A stretch of DNA of 32,000 nt. It comes from Mycobacterium leprae TN (GTDB taxonomy: Bacteria > Actinomycetota > Actinomycetes > Mycobacteriales > Mycobacteriaceae). The notes under the pieces are model-generated. The model was not told the DNA's origin. It did no database searches and saw only the letters and a program-made list of their open reading frames with translations. The stretch covers positions 780,001 through 812,000 of the forward strand of contig NC_002677.1 in NCBI RefSeq assembly GCF_000195855.1, written 5' to 3'. Shown piece by piece: positions 11,340 to 20,259 of the stretch (within the stretch, counting starts at the first letter, position 1; each line of letters begins with the position of its first letter). The translations under genes were made by a program, and so were the position numbers.

Positions 11340-12333
11340 GGTTAGAAACCACCACCGGACAAAGTTAGGACAAAGATCCGACGGAATTTCATACACGCAT
11401 GCTGCGTGCTTTTCGGTGCCGAACTGTGGGAATGGGCTAATTCAAATAACATCACGCGCACCGGGGATCACGAAACCGGACCCGTTCGTGCGACGCTTGA
11501 AGAAATTCTTCAGAGATTGGTGCAAGTATGACTGCTGTTATTTCATTTCGGGAAGACCACTGCGCACTGCGCGGCGGTGCTTGACTAAATCTAACGTGAT
11601 CTAACGTGCTGTGGTGGGCACGTACTACGTGCTCATTCTCATCTCAGTCCTAGCTCGATCTGCTGTCGGAAAATTTACTAGGTTTGACTATTTATGACAT
11701 GCAGTCTGGCCGCTTGGCGTTCCGTTCAGAATCCATTTTCACCAACCTGCTTCTTGCTAAAAAGATATTAGCCGAACATCGTGATAGAGTCAGCCGGTTC
11801 CGCTGGAGGTAGTGGCCGATGTGCAGGTGAGTGCAGAAGCGAAATCCATAAGCTGCAAATACTATTCATCTTTCTTTCTACCAATAATCCGATCTAGCAC
11901 TAGGATATCTATCCGTTACTGAAGGCACAGCTGGATAGGTTCGCTATGTAACTGGACCTGTGTGTGCCTCGCCGAATGCTGCGCGATCTCGATCTGCGCC
12001 GCTGCCTCGGACGCGGCTTTGCTAAGCTTAAGGTGAATAAAGGTGTGGACGTGCACGATCTGCTAGCCATGCGTGAATAGGTCAAGCAGCCGAGCGTGCA
12101 CGAAGACGTTTTGCACTACGTGGTGTCGCTGGCCACTGCTACCCGGAGCTATTCGCAAATATATTGTGGGTGCTAGCCTGCTAGTAGAAATCGATCTTGT
12201 CCAACTCAACCACGATCGTGCGTTGCTGTACTGCCGGGACTTGGTTATTATCGAATATATGAAAGCGCTCGCTATTACTTGCTATTACGGCTATTGCGTA
12301 TCGGATCACCTTGCACTCGAAGATGTGGTGTAA
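11340..12333 (+). pseudogene. MoxR-type AAA+ ATPase (moxR3-like), decayed
   Basis: IFTNLLLAKKI... then QPVPLEVVADVQVS, which fits Walker B/sensor ..LLADEINRa.pk.QsALLEvM.E.qVs. VHEDVLHYVVSLATATRSYSQ is followed by a frameshift to IVGASLLVEIDLVQLNHDRALLYCRDLVIIEYMKALAITC (GASPRa...GRd.V.p.Dv pattern). Several stops. Confidence 0.7.
11589..11608. repeat. 10-bp tandem duplication (atctaacgtg x2) inside the MoxR pseudogene
   Basis: atctaacgtgatctaacgtg read directly. The length is not a multiple of 3, so it is a frameshifting lesion. Confidence 0.85.
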
Positions 12334-12449
12334 GAAAGTTTTAGGTTGCTGATCTCATCGGAGAACTGTTGCGGCGCTTACCTTTCCCTCAAAAGGCCAG
12401 ATAACCTTAGAGAACTGGATGATTTCGGTGTGACAGATAATTGTGCGGA

Positions 12450-13430
12450 TGAATTACGTTGGTGATATTCCTTATTGGCAAGGATAATCTCTATCTGCGC
12501 TGGGGTTGCTCTGGCCATCGAAGTTATGGGCACACAAACTGGAGGCTGATTGCATTCGCTGCGCCGATATTAGGCATGCTATGCGCGATCAGCTTGCGGC
12601 TCCTGGTGCCTAAGAACTTAGGTTCACGGGGAGCACGGTTCTAAGCAATGCTTCGAAAATGAACAGGAGCGATTAACCATGTGGGCGAACCAAGAAAACA
12701 GCGTTGAATCCCGGTCATTCGCGGTATAACTTGCTGTTTTGTCCGTAACCGGAACTGGACTCGAAATTATCGATTTGCATTCGCATTAAGAGAAAATGTT
12801 TGCTGCAGTGACGGCACTCTGGATCCTATACCTATCCGATCCCGGGGAGATATCGTCGCTCGCGGTGGACTACTGACGGTAACGGGCCCCCTCGACGAGG
12901 CCTGCTTATGTAGTGTTTCTGCTCATACCGCCGCAGTACACGTTGATTTCGTGGATCGAGTTGTTCGATTGGCTGAGTGTCAGCCTCATCTGTTACATTG
13001 GCCCGGGTGTTGAGTATGCGGGCGACCAATTGCTTTCCGTGAAGTGGTCAGTGAGTGTGCGCCGTGGCCAACTGTACGTGACACAGCGATTCACTGATTG
13101 CGCTGCCAATGTGGTGGTGCTTATCGACATGTATCGGTAGTAGCTGGGTACGGAGATCGACGTCAACGAACGAGTTGTGCGCGGCGCAGTTCAGGTGGTG
13201 CAGGCTGTGCTGCGAAACGCGCTATCGCGCCGTGATCGTTGCACTCGGAGGTAACCACTCGCGGTGGCTGGGAGCGGATATCGAGCAGCGCCAGTTCTAT
13301 CGGGTGCTCGATATCGTGTTCAGTTCCTGCTATGGATTGGAAAAAGCTGGGACAATGGTTCTTCGTAATGCCTTTCCCGAGGGGGTGACGTTGTCGCGTT
13401 CTCTATGCTGCTCGGGTCTGAATTAGCTTA
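12450..13430 (+). pseudogene. DUF58-family protein (MoxR partner), decayed
   Basis: PGVEYAGDQLLSVKWSVSVRRGQLYVTQRFTDCAANVVVLIDMY fits G.E..g.R.Y.pGD..r.I.W..sAR.g.L.V.......vvllvD. Then AAQFRWCRLCCETRYRAVIVALGGNHSRWLGADIEQRQFYRVLDIV follows in another frame. Confidence 0.55.
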
Positions 13431-13459
13431 AGCGTTGATCGACTTCCGCAAGGGGGGCC

Positions 13460-14015
13460 ATGTCGTGGTTGCTGTTGACGTGCTGTTCTGGCGAGAGGAT
13501 TATAGCCCGACCAGTTCTATGGGTGTGCTGCCCAACCTCCGGAATCCGATTTCGGTACTGTTACTCGGAAAGCAATGACATGGAATCAATTTCACTTTCC
13601 ACGATTATTTTCTTGCTGGCTGATTTCGGTTTTCTGATGGTGGGGTTGGCTGCTGTCGACTCCGAGGGTATGGCAGCTGTCGCTGCTGCAGTAACCGTGA
13701 TTGTGTGGGAGTAACGACCATGTATCGATCGGAGACAACGCTTGCTGTATTGTTTTGTGCACACGATCGTGGTGTTCAGTTAGTCGCAACAGCTTGCTGC
13801 GCCATCTGGACTTTTCTCCTCTACCTATTTGGTATATACGGTTAGCTGTCGTCACTCCGTTCGCCGTAGTCATGGCAAGCTGGTCGACAATTGTTGTAGT
13901 CGTGGGTTTTACGTTTGTAGGATTAGCTGCGAAGTCGTTCAAGCGGCAGTTGCCGTGGTTGTCTTTGGCGGTGCTGGCGATCTATTTGTTGGCCACCCAC
14001 CCATTCTTGCTTTGA
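13460..14015 (+). pseudogene. Integral-membrane protein remnant downstream of the MoxR/DUF58 pair
   Basis: Hydrophobic segments IIFLLADFGFLMVGLAAV and VVTPFAVVMASWSTIVVVVGFTFVGLAAKSF...LSLAVLAIYLLA lie in two frames. No family motif. Position matches the membrane gene that follows the DUF58 gene in M. tuberculosis, from memory. Confidence 0.3.
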
Positions 14016-14144
14016 TCCGAGCGAGTCATTGCGTTTGCCGTCTTCGGTAGCCGCCCGGCGAGTTGCCGTGACTGGATCAGTGCACTAGTGGGGTGTCCTA
14101 GTCAGCCAGGTCTAACAGTGGCTTTGGTGCGATGCCCAGCATTA

Positions 14145-14760
14145 TCATGACTGTGGCGCGGGCCGCTCTATAGGGACTTGGCTCAAGATGCCAGATTCCA
14201 CGACTTGTAATGTTTCGTCGGATGCTTCGATGAAGAACGTTAGCACAATGTCTGCACATATAAGTGTGCTGTTATCCGGCTGGATGCCGGAGAAAGCTAG
14301 CAGAAACATTGGAAATATCGCACCCACAATGGGTGAGAACTTACCGAGTCCGGACCAACCAATGGGGCAGTGCGGCTTTTTCTGAAGCTGCTGAGCCATC
14401 GCGGTTGATGATCAGATCGAGGACCGCTAGCATTCCTCCGGTGCTCAAGCTGCAGGCGATCAAGATAGAACAACGTGGCTGAAAGGTCCGCCACGTTGTC
14501 GGCGATCACCCCGGTAAGGATGAAGCCGATGTGTGTGATCGATGAATAGGCCAGTATTCGGCTTGACGCCGGTTTGGTTCACGGTGGTGTTGGTGCTGAT
14601 CGCCATGGTCAGGATCGAAATCTCCTATAGAACGGGCAGCCACTGGCCATGCAGCGAAGGCAGCCGGTGAAAGGTCCGGCGATCAAGGTGCCGAGCTCGA
14701 GCACACGGATGCCGTCCAGCTAGCATGCTGGACTCTGCGCGGTAACTGCGTCCCGGAGAA
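14145..14760 (-). pseudogene. nuoN: NADH-quinone oxidoreductase chain N (nuoN) relic, C-terminal part only
   Basis: The minus strand at 14498-14560 reads RILAYSSITHIGFILTGVIAD, the AYSSI.H.GF.L.G signature of NuoN/antiporter-like subunits. Downstream TM segments are in ORF 14145-14399 (GAIFPMFLLAFSGIQP). There are frame breaks and no N-terminal half. Confidence 0.6.
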
Positions 14761-14959
14761 ACCGGGGTAGGATCGGCCAAACGATCAAGCTATCGACCGC
14801 CTGCCGCAGCTTGTCGAGTTACTCAGATTTGTTTCATAGTGTGGAGCCATGGATTTTGTACATTTCCTTGTCGGTGTCGTCGTCATCGCGGTGGGTGTCT
14901 CCGTAACTTCATGGGGATAGCCCGCTCCGCGGTGTCGGTAAGTGAGCCAGATATTAGAG

Positions 14960-16030
14960 GCTATCGGAGGACCGGTATACAGGGGCACGTATAGTCGTGG
15001 ACGCGCGATGAGACTTTTCCATTAGCGGCGCGTGTTTCAAGTCATGCGATTGCTCCAGCGGCCTTCCCGAGTGGGTAGATGATCGGATCTGGTAAAGGCA
15101 ACTGGTCGGAGGTAAGCAGCTGCTCAAGTTGGCTTTACTGCTCAGACAGGGCTTCGGGGTGCATTCGGATCCACATACTCCAGCCAATATTGACTTACAT
15201 CAATATTGTTGAGCAACAGCATTTTTACCTTGACTTTGGGTATTTCACCGCCGGCGAAGCCGTTGGTAATTAGCTGTCTTCCCAGAGCAAGCGAGTGTAG
15301 TGAATCGGTCATTCGGTCGTCGCCGACCGGCTCGACTACTACGTCGGCGCCGCGACCGCTGGTCAACTTCTTTACCGTTCCTTTGAATCCTCAGACTAAC
15401 ACCACTGCCGTGGTGTTAGTCTGAGCCTTCGCCTCGGTGTTGCCCACCGCGATGGCGTGCGGTGCCCCGAACGCCGGCGCTAGCCCGCAACGTCGACGTC
15501 GGTGACTTCGACAGCGTCCGGGCCATCTAGCCGAGTTTATTCGTGCCGTCCGCATGCCACCTCCGTCGTCAACGAGAGGCTCAAGAGCTTCCTCCGCTTA
15601 AATATAAAAGCCGTCGGCGACGTGCGCACCACTGCACGACGCAGCAAATCCTCGTCCTTGCGCACGACGAGAGGATAAAATTGTCCAAAGGCTGACGGCC
15701 ACCTTCCTGGTATGGAGTGTTTCGTGCTTAGCGTTTTTTTTCGTTTTCCTGCATCGTTTTTGGCTCCGTCCAACTTCCCGGCTCCAGGTTTTTCCAGCCA
15801 CCACACGATCGCGTTGAGACTCTCGCGATGTTGCTGCGTGTTGTGCACCTCGGTGTCAACCATATCTATACCGCCTCGTTCTACGAGTCACAGATTTCCA
15901 ACGAGCTGATACGCGAGGCCCTGCAACCGGATCCCGAGGACCTGGCAATATCACCCGTGAGCATCTCTGCTGTATGCGCTTGAAACGCATCGAGATCGTC
16001 TGTGTGCGGGATACACCGACTAGGTTGGTT
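14960..16030 (-). pseudogene. Zn-independent MDR quinone oxidoreductase (fadB4-like), decayed
   Basis: ORF 15142-15366 reads TSGRGADVVVEPVGDDRMTDSLHSLALGRQLITNGFAGGEIPKVKVKMLLLNNIDV, a Qor C-terminal Rossmann pattern. The shifted frame further on reads PLGKAAGAIA*LETRAANGKV. It lies immediately downstream of fadE23, as fadB4 does in M. tuberculosis. Confidence 0.6.
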
Positions 16031-16046
16031 CGATAAGTCTGGGAAT

Positions 16047-17249
16047 TTACTTGAGTTCGGAAGAGGACAAGCCCAGCAATCGGCGTGCAACAACCAGCTG
16101 CTGAATCTGCTGAGTGCCCTCGAAGATGTCTAAGATCTTGGAGTCGCGGGCCCACTTTTCCAACAGGGCCTTCTCGGAATAGCCTGCGGTGCCTGCTAAT
16201 TCGACAGCCTTGAGGGTAACGTCGCTGGCCATTCTGCCGGCTTTGGCCTTGCTCATCGATGCTTCTTTGGAGTTGGGGATGTTGTTGTCGGCTTGCCACG
16301 CCGCACGCAGCGACAGCAGGTAACTCGCTTCCCAGTCGGCTTCCATCCGCAGGAACTCTGCCGCGGCGGCGTTCTGGGAGTGCGAGGGCTTGTCGTAGCA
16401 AATTTCTATACCGGCATCGGTGAGGATTTTGCGGATTTCCTCCAGCGCGGCGCGGCCAACCCCGACGGCCATGGCAGCAACGATTGGCCGGGTGTTGTCG
16501 AAAGTCTCCATCACTCCGGAAAAACCCTTGCCAACCTCGATTTCTGGGTTACCTAGCAGGTTGTCTTTAGGAATTCGGACGTTATCAAATCGAATCGCAG
16601 CGGTATCCGATCCCCTTATGCCTAGCTTGTACTCGAGGCGTTCGACTGTGACACCGGGATGTTCGCGTGGCACGATGAATGACTTTATCGCCGCGTGGCC
16701 TAGCGACTTGTCTAGGGTTGCCCACACCACGATGTGGGTGGCGCGCGACCCGGCGGTAACAAAGATCTTTTCACCGTTAATCACATACTCGTCACCGTCG
16801 AGGGTGGCGGTCGTCGACACCGCTGCCGAGTCCGACCCAAACCCCGGCTCGGTGATGGCCATAGCCGCCCACACCTTGCCTAAGCGTTCCAGCTGCTTGT
16901 TGGTGGCTACTGCGGAGATGGCTGCGTTGCCCAGACCCTGATACGGTATGGACAGTAACATCGCGACGTCGCCCCAGCAGGCCTCCAGGGTTTGTAGCAG
17001 CGCGGCCATGTTGGCGCCGTTGTGATTTTCGTCTTTGTTGTCCTCATCGCCGAGCGCGTCGGCGCCGGCAAAGGCGAACGATTCGGCTGCTCCCGCAAAC
17101 AGATTGAACAGGGTGTCTAGCTCGACTGGGTAGGTATGTTCCTTCAAGTCGTACTTGCGGGCGATCGGCCTCATCAATTCCGCGGCGCCCTGATGGGTCT
17201 TAACGATTACCGCTTGCAGCTTGCGCGATAGCTCCAGGTTGATTGCCAT
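16047..17249 (-). CDS. fadE23: Acyl-CoA dehydrogenase FadE23
   Basis: Intact 400-aa ORF with ACAD fold throughout (ITEPGFGSD, and ILDIFEGTQQIQQLVVARRLLG carrying the catalytic Glu). Size and position match the second gene of the fadE24-fadE23 pair (Rv3139-Rv3140). Confidence 0.95.
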   Translation of the reverse strand: MAINLELSRKLQAVIVKTHQGAAELMRPIARKYDLKEHTYPVELDTLFNLFAGAAESFAFAGADALGDEDNKDENHNGANMAALLQTLEACWGDVAMLLSIPYQGLGNAAISAVATNKQLERLGKVWAAMAITEPGFGSDSAAVSTTATLDGDEYVINGEKIFVTAGSRATHIVVWATLDKSLGHAAIKSFIVPREHPGVTVERLEYKLGIRGSDTAAIRFDNVRIPKDNLLGNPEIEVGKGFSGVMETFDNTRPIVAAMAVGVGRAALEEIRKILTDAGIEICYDKPSHSQNAAAAEFLRMEADWEASYLLSLRAAWQADNNIPNSKEASMSKAKAGRMASDVTLKAVELAGTAGYSEKALLEKWARDSKILDIFEGTQQIQQLVVARRLLGLSSSELK

Positions 17250-17291
17250 GATTGATCTTTCGCTTTGAAGAAGATGCAGATTTTAGATTCC

Positions 17292-18689
17292 CTAGATAAC
17301 TACGACGCCCTCGGCGACACCGATCGCCCGCAGATCGCGATACCAGCGTTCGACCGGGTGCTCTTTGATGAAGCCGTGACCGCCCAGCAGTTGCACGCCG
17401 TCCAGGCCGATTTGCATGGCTTTGTCGGAGCCGAGTCGCTTGGCCAGTGCTGCTTCCCGGGCGAATGAGAGGCCTTGTTCGGCGCGGGACGCGCCACGCC
17501 ACGTGATCAGCCGCAGCCCGTCTAACTCGATAGCGATGTTGGCGCACATGAACGCGACAGCCTGGCGACGCGCGATTGGCTCACCAAAGGCTTCGCGTTC
17601 TTTTACGTACGGCATGACATAGTCCAGCACTGCATGCGAGGTGCCGACCGCCAGCGCCGCCCATCCTAGCCGGGCCAATGCGATCGCTTCAGAGTAGTCA
17701 TTATCCGTCGCGTCGTCTTCACCCAGCCGGGCGTCCAAGGGCGCCGACACTCCGCAGAGTTCAACTTGGCCCAAGGCTGCAGCGCGAATCCCCATGCTAG
17801 GGTCGGCCTTGACAGTCAGGCCTTTAGTCGAGGACTCGACGATGAACAATGCTGGCTTGCCATTCAGCTGGGCACCGATGATGAACAGTTCGGCGCTGGC
17901 CGCGGCCGGAACCAATGACTTCACCCCGTCGAGCCGGTATCCGGACGGGGTGCGCACGGCGATGGTCTTCAGCCGGGTGGGGTCGAACAACGGCTGGGGT
18001 TCGGCGATGGCCACACAGGCCTGGGGGACATTTTCGCCGGTGAACTCTTTCAGGTAGGTGGCCTGTTGATCGGCGCTGCCCCAATAGGTTAGTGTAGCCG
18101 CCACACCGCCTGGGGCCAGAATCGGCAGCGTCAATCCCATGTCGCCATATGCCAGCGCCTCGGCCACCAACACATTGGTCACACTGGAACGGCGTTCGGC
18201 GATGCCGTCAAAATACTCGGGAATGTTGATCGTGGTGATGCCCAACTTAGCGGCTTTGGCGATAAGGTCGGGCGGGTAGGCCGCGGCTTCATCAGCGTCG
18301 TGAGCAGCAGGCCGCAGTATCTCTGCGCTGAATTCGTCGATAGTTTCGACGATCAACTTTTGGTTGTCGTCTGGCGTCAGGTCGAAGTAGTTCCTGCCGC
18401 TGGGCTGTAGCCGGGTTGCGCCACCGCGCAGGTTTTGCACCCGCTTGAACTGCCGGCTGGTGGCGGCGGCAGTGGAGAACGTCGCCTTAACCCCGTAGCG
18501 CAACGCTCGGTTGAGCGGATAGCGCAGATGGTATTTATCCAGAAAATCCTGGCCGACAAGCGGAGTAAGCATCGCAATTGCGACGTCAAATCCAGTCCGC
18601 TTGTGTGGCTGCATTCCGACGCCGGACCTAAGACCGCCTCGTTTGAGACGAACGGAAGAGGGCTTAGCACTAGGAGCAGTGTCAGTCAT
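17292..18689 (-). CDS. fadE24: Acyl-CoA dehydrogenase FadE24 (long N-terminal extension)
   Basis: Intact 465-aa ORF from ATG 18689. About 110 aa of basic N-terminal extension precede the ACAD core (AIAEPQPLFD, ...RWYRDLRAIGVAEGVVVI*). It lies 42 bp upstream of fadE23 on the same strand. Confidence 0.95.
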   Translation of the reverse strand: MTDTAPSAKPSSVRLKRGGLRSGVGMQPHKRTGFDVAIAMLTPLVGQDFLDKYHLRYPLNRALRYGVKATFSTAAATSRQFKRVQNLRGGATRLQPSGRNYFDLTPDDNQKLIVETIDEFSAEILRPAAHDADEAAAYPPDLIAKAAKLGITTINIPEYFDGIAERRSSVTNVLVAEALAYGDMGLTLPILAPGGVAATLTYWGSADQQATYLKEFTGENVPQACVAIAEPQPLFDPTRLKTIAVRTPSGYRLDGVKSLVPAAASAELFIIGAQLNGKPALFIVESSTKGLTVKADPSMGIRAAALGQVELCGVSAPLDARLGEDDATDNDYSEAIALARLGWAALAVGTSHAVLDYVMPYVKEREAFGEPIARRQAVAFMCANIAIELDGLRLITWRGASRAEQGLSFAREAALAKRLGSDKAMQIGLDGVQLLGGHGFIKEHPVERWYRDLRAIGVAEGVVVI

Positions 18690-18719
18690 GTCAGCAGCTT
18701 CAGATCGTTGGGGCGATGC

Positions 18720-18759
18720 GGATAATCCTACCTTACTCTGGAGTAAGGTAGGATTATCC
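18720..18759. promoter_or_regulatory. Perfect 19+19 bp inverted repeat (2-nt centre); candidate operator or I-shaped terminator/processing hairpin
   Basis: g-gataatcctaccttactc-tg-gagtaaggtaggattatc-c, verified base by base. It sits 6 nt after the hisN stop and 30 nt before the fadE24 ATG. The arms are AT-rich, and no U-tract follows on the transcribed (minus) strand. Confidence 0.6.
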
Positions 18760-18765
18760 TGTTAA

Positions 18766-19533
18766 CTACTTCACAGTGGCGCCGATTCTGGTCAGCACCT
18801 CTTGGTGCAGGCGACCGTTTGTCGCCACAGCGCTGCCGCCATGCGGGCCGGGGGTCCCGTCGAGACCGGTCAGAACTCCACCCGCCTCGCGCACCACGAT
18901 GTCGAGGGCAGCTAAGTCCCACACCGATACCTTCGGCTCGGCAGCGACGTCGATAGCTCCCTCAGCGAGCAGGCAATAAGATAGGAAATCGCCGTAGGCG
19001 CGTACCCGCCACACGGCGTCGGTCAACTCAAGGAACCGGTCGCGTAAACCGCGCTGTGCCCACCCGGACAAGCTGGAGAATGACAGACTCGCCGAATTGA
19101 GGTCGGCCACCTCCGACACCGCTAGCCGGCGCGGGACCCCATCGACCGCCACGAACGCGCCTTGGCCGCGTGCTGCCCACCACCGTCGTTGCAGCGCGGG
19201 CGCGCTGACGACGCCGATTGAGGGGACCCCGTCCTCGAGCAATGCGATCAAACTGGCCCACACTGGCACCCCGCGCACGAAGTTCTTGGTGCCGTCGATC
19301 GGGTCGACGATCCACTGCTGTCCACTGAAAGTTATTGTACCGCCGTATTCTTCTCCCAGGATGCCGTCTTTAGGCCGTTCGCGCCCGAGTACCGCACGCA
19401 CATCGGCTTCGACCGCGCGATCGGCGTCGGTGACCGGAGTAAGATCTGGTTTGGTGTCGACGCGCAGATTGAGTGCGCCGAAACGGGCGCTAGTCAGTGC
19501 GTCTGCGCGGTCGGCCAGCGTCAGCGCTAACAT
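18766..19533 (-). CDS. hisN: Inositol-monophosphatase-family phosphatase (histidinol-phosphatase HisN-like, Rv3137 orthologue)
   Basis: Intact 255-aa ORF with IMPase motifs [21 protein letters not shown] and VWDLAAL. No alternative in-frame start exists upstream before a stop. Confidence 0.9.
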   Translation of the reverse strand: MLALTLADRADALTSARFGALNLRVDTKPDLTPVTDADRAVEADVRAVLGRERPKDGILGEEYGGTITFSGQQWIVDPIDGTKNFVRGVPVWASLIALLEDGVPSIGVVSAPALQRRWWAARGQGAFVAVDGVPRRLAVSEVADLNSASLSFSSLSGWAQRGLRDRFLELTDAVWRVRAYGDFLSYCLLAEGAIDVAAEPKVSVWDLAALDIVVREAGGVLTGLDGTPGPHGGSAVATNGRLHQEVLTRIGATVK

Positions 19534-19660
19534 CAGATTGTCCTGAGCTATGCGTACCGCTCCTCTCCCCGTAAGCTGGGGACCCCTAGATCACTCTACG
19601 TCTACGTCGTCGTCGTAGCGATCTATGTCAGCATTCTTACCATGGCCCTAATCTGAATGA

Positions 19661-19975
19661 GTGTGGGAGTTCGGTTTGCTGTTCTTGTTGGTGGCGATTT
19701 TGGGCGTCTTCTTGGCTAAGCGGTTCCTCCCGTGCGAAAGTGACCTGGCCAGCGGCACATTGTTGGTTACCGGGGTCAGCCCGCGACCTGATGACGCTCA
19801 CGGTGAACAGTTTGTCACGATCGCCGGTTTTATCAGCGGACCCACCGTCAGCGAGTATTCTGTGTATCGGCGTATGGTGGTCGACGTCGGCAAATGGCCG
19901 GCGATGGGGCAGTTGCACCCGGTGGTGTATTCGCCGAAGAATCCTGACAACTGGAAGTTCGCGCTACCCGACTAG
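19661..19975 (+). CDS. Hypothetical membrane-anchored small protein (104 aa)
   Basis: GTG start, one N-terminal TM helix (WEFGLLFLLVAILGVFLA) and an ~80-aa soluble domain. By my count about 75 percent of third codon positions are G/C, as expected for real coding. It is divergent from hisN. No family was recognised. Confidence 0.55.
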   Translation: MWEFGLLFLLVAILGVFLAKRFLPCESDLASGTLLVTGVSPRPDDAHGEQFVTIAGFISGPTVSEYSVYRRMVVDVGKWPAMGQLHPVVYSPKNPDNWKFALPD

Positions 19976-20259
19976 TGGCCCGTCATTTCGCCGCGGTATC
20001 ACCAGTGAGCTGGACCCTGCGTATCGCAGGATGGCGTTGCGTGTCGTCGATGGTTAATAGCACAACGCTTTTCGAGCAGTCCGTTTTCACCCTGGTGTGT
20101 TGATCCTGACTACCCTTGCTGCCGGCGTGCTCGGAGGAATACCCTGAGCTGACGTCAATAGTGAAGTCTATCATCGATATTCAGCATGATACATGCTGTG
20201 GCTCTTTGCTGAGTTGCAACGCCTTGACTAATTTGTGGTCGTTGATCAACCGGGCTGTA

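Noticed and set aside
15856-16401. 181-aa minus-strand ORF, the longest 'ORF' near the pseudogene region
   Set aside because: It overlaps the 3' part of fadE23 in a different frame and is Arg/Gln/Pro-rich with no domain pattern. It is an alternative-frame artefact.
16420-16941. 173-aa plus-strand ORF
   Set aside because: Fully antisense to the clearly coding fadE23. Ser/Pro/Ala/Arg-rich.
19097-19546. 149-aa plus-strand ORF
   Set aside because: Antisense to hisN. Low-complexity Ser/Ala/Arg/Thr composition.
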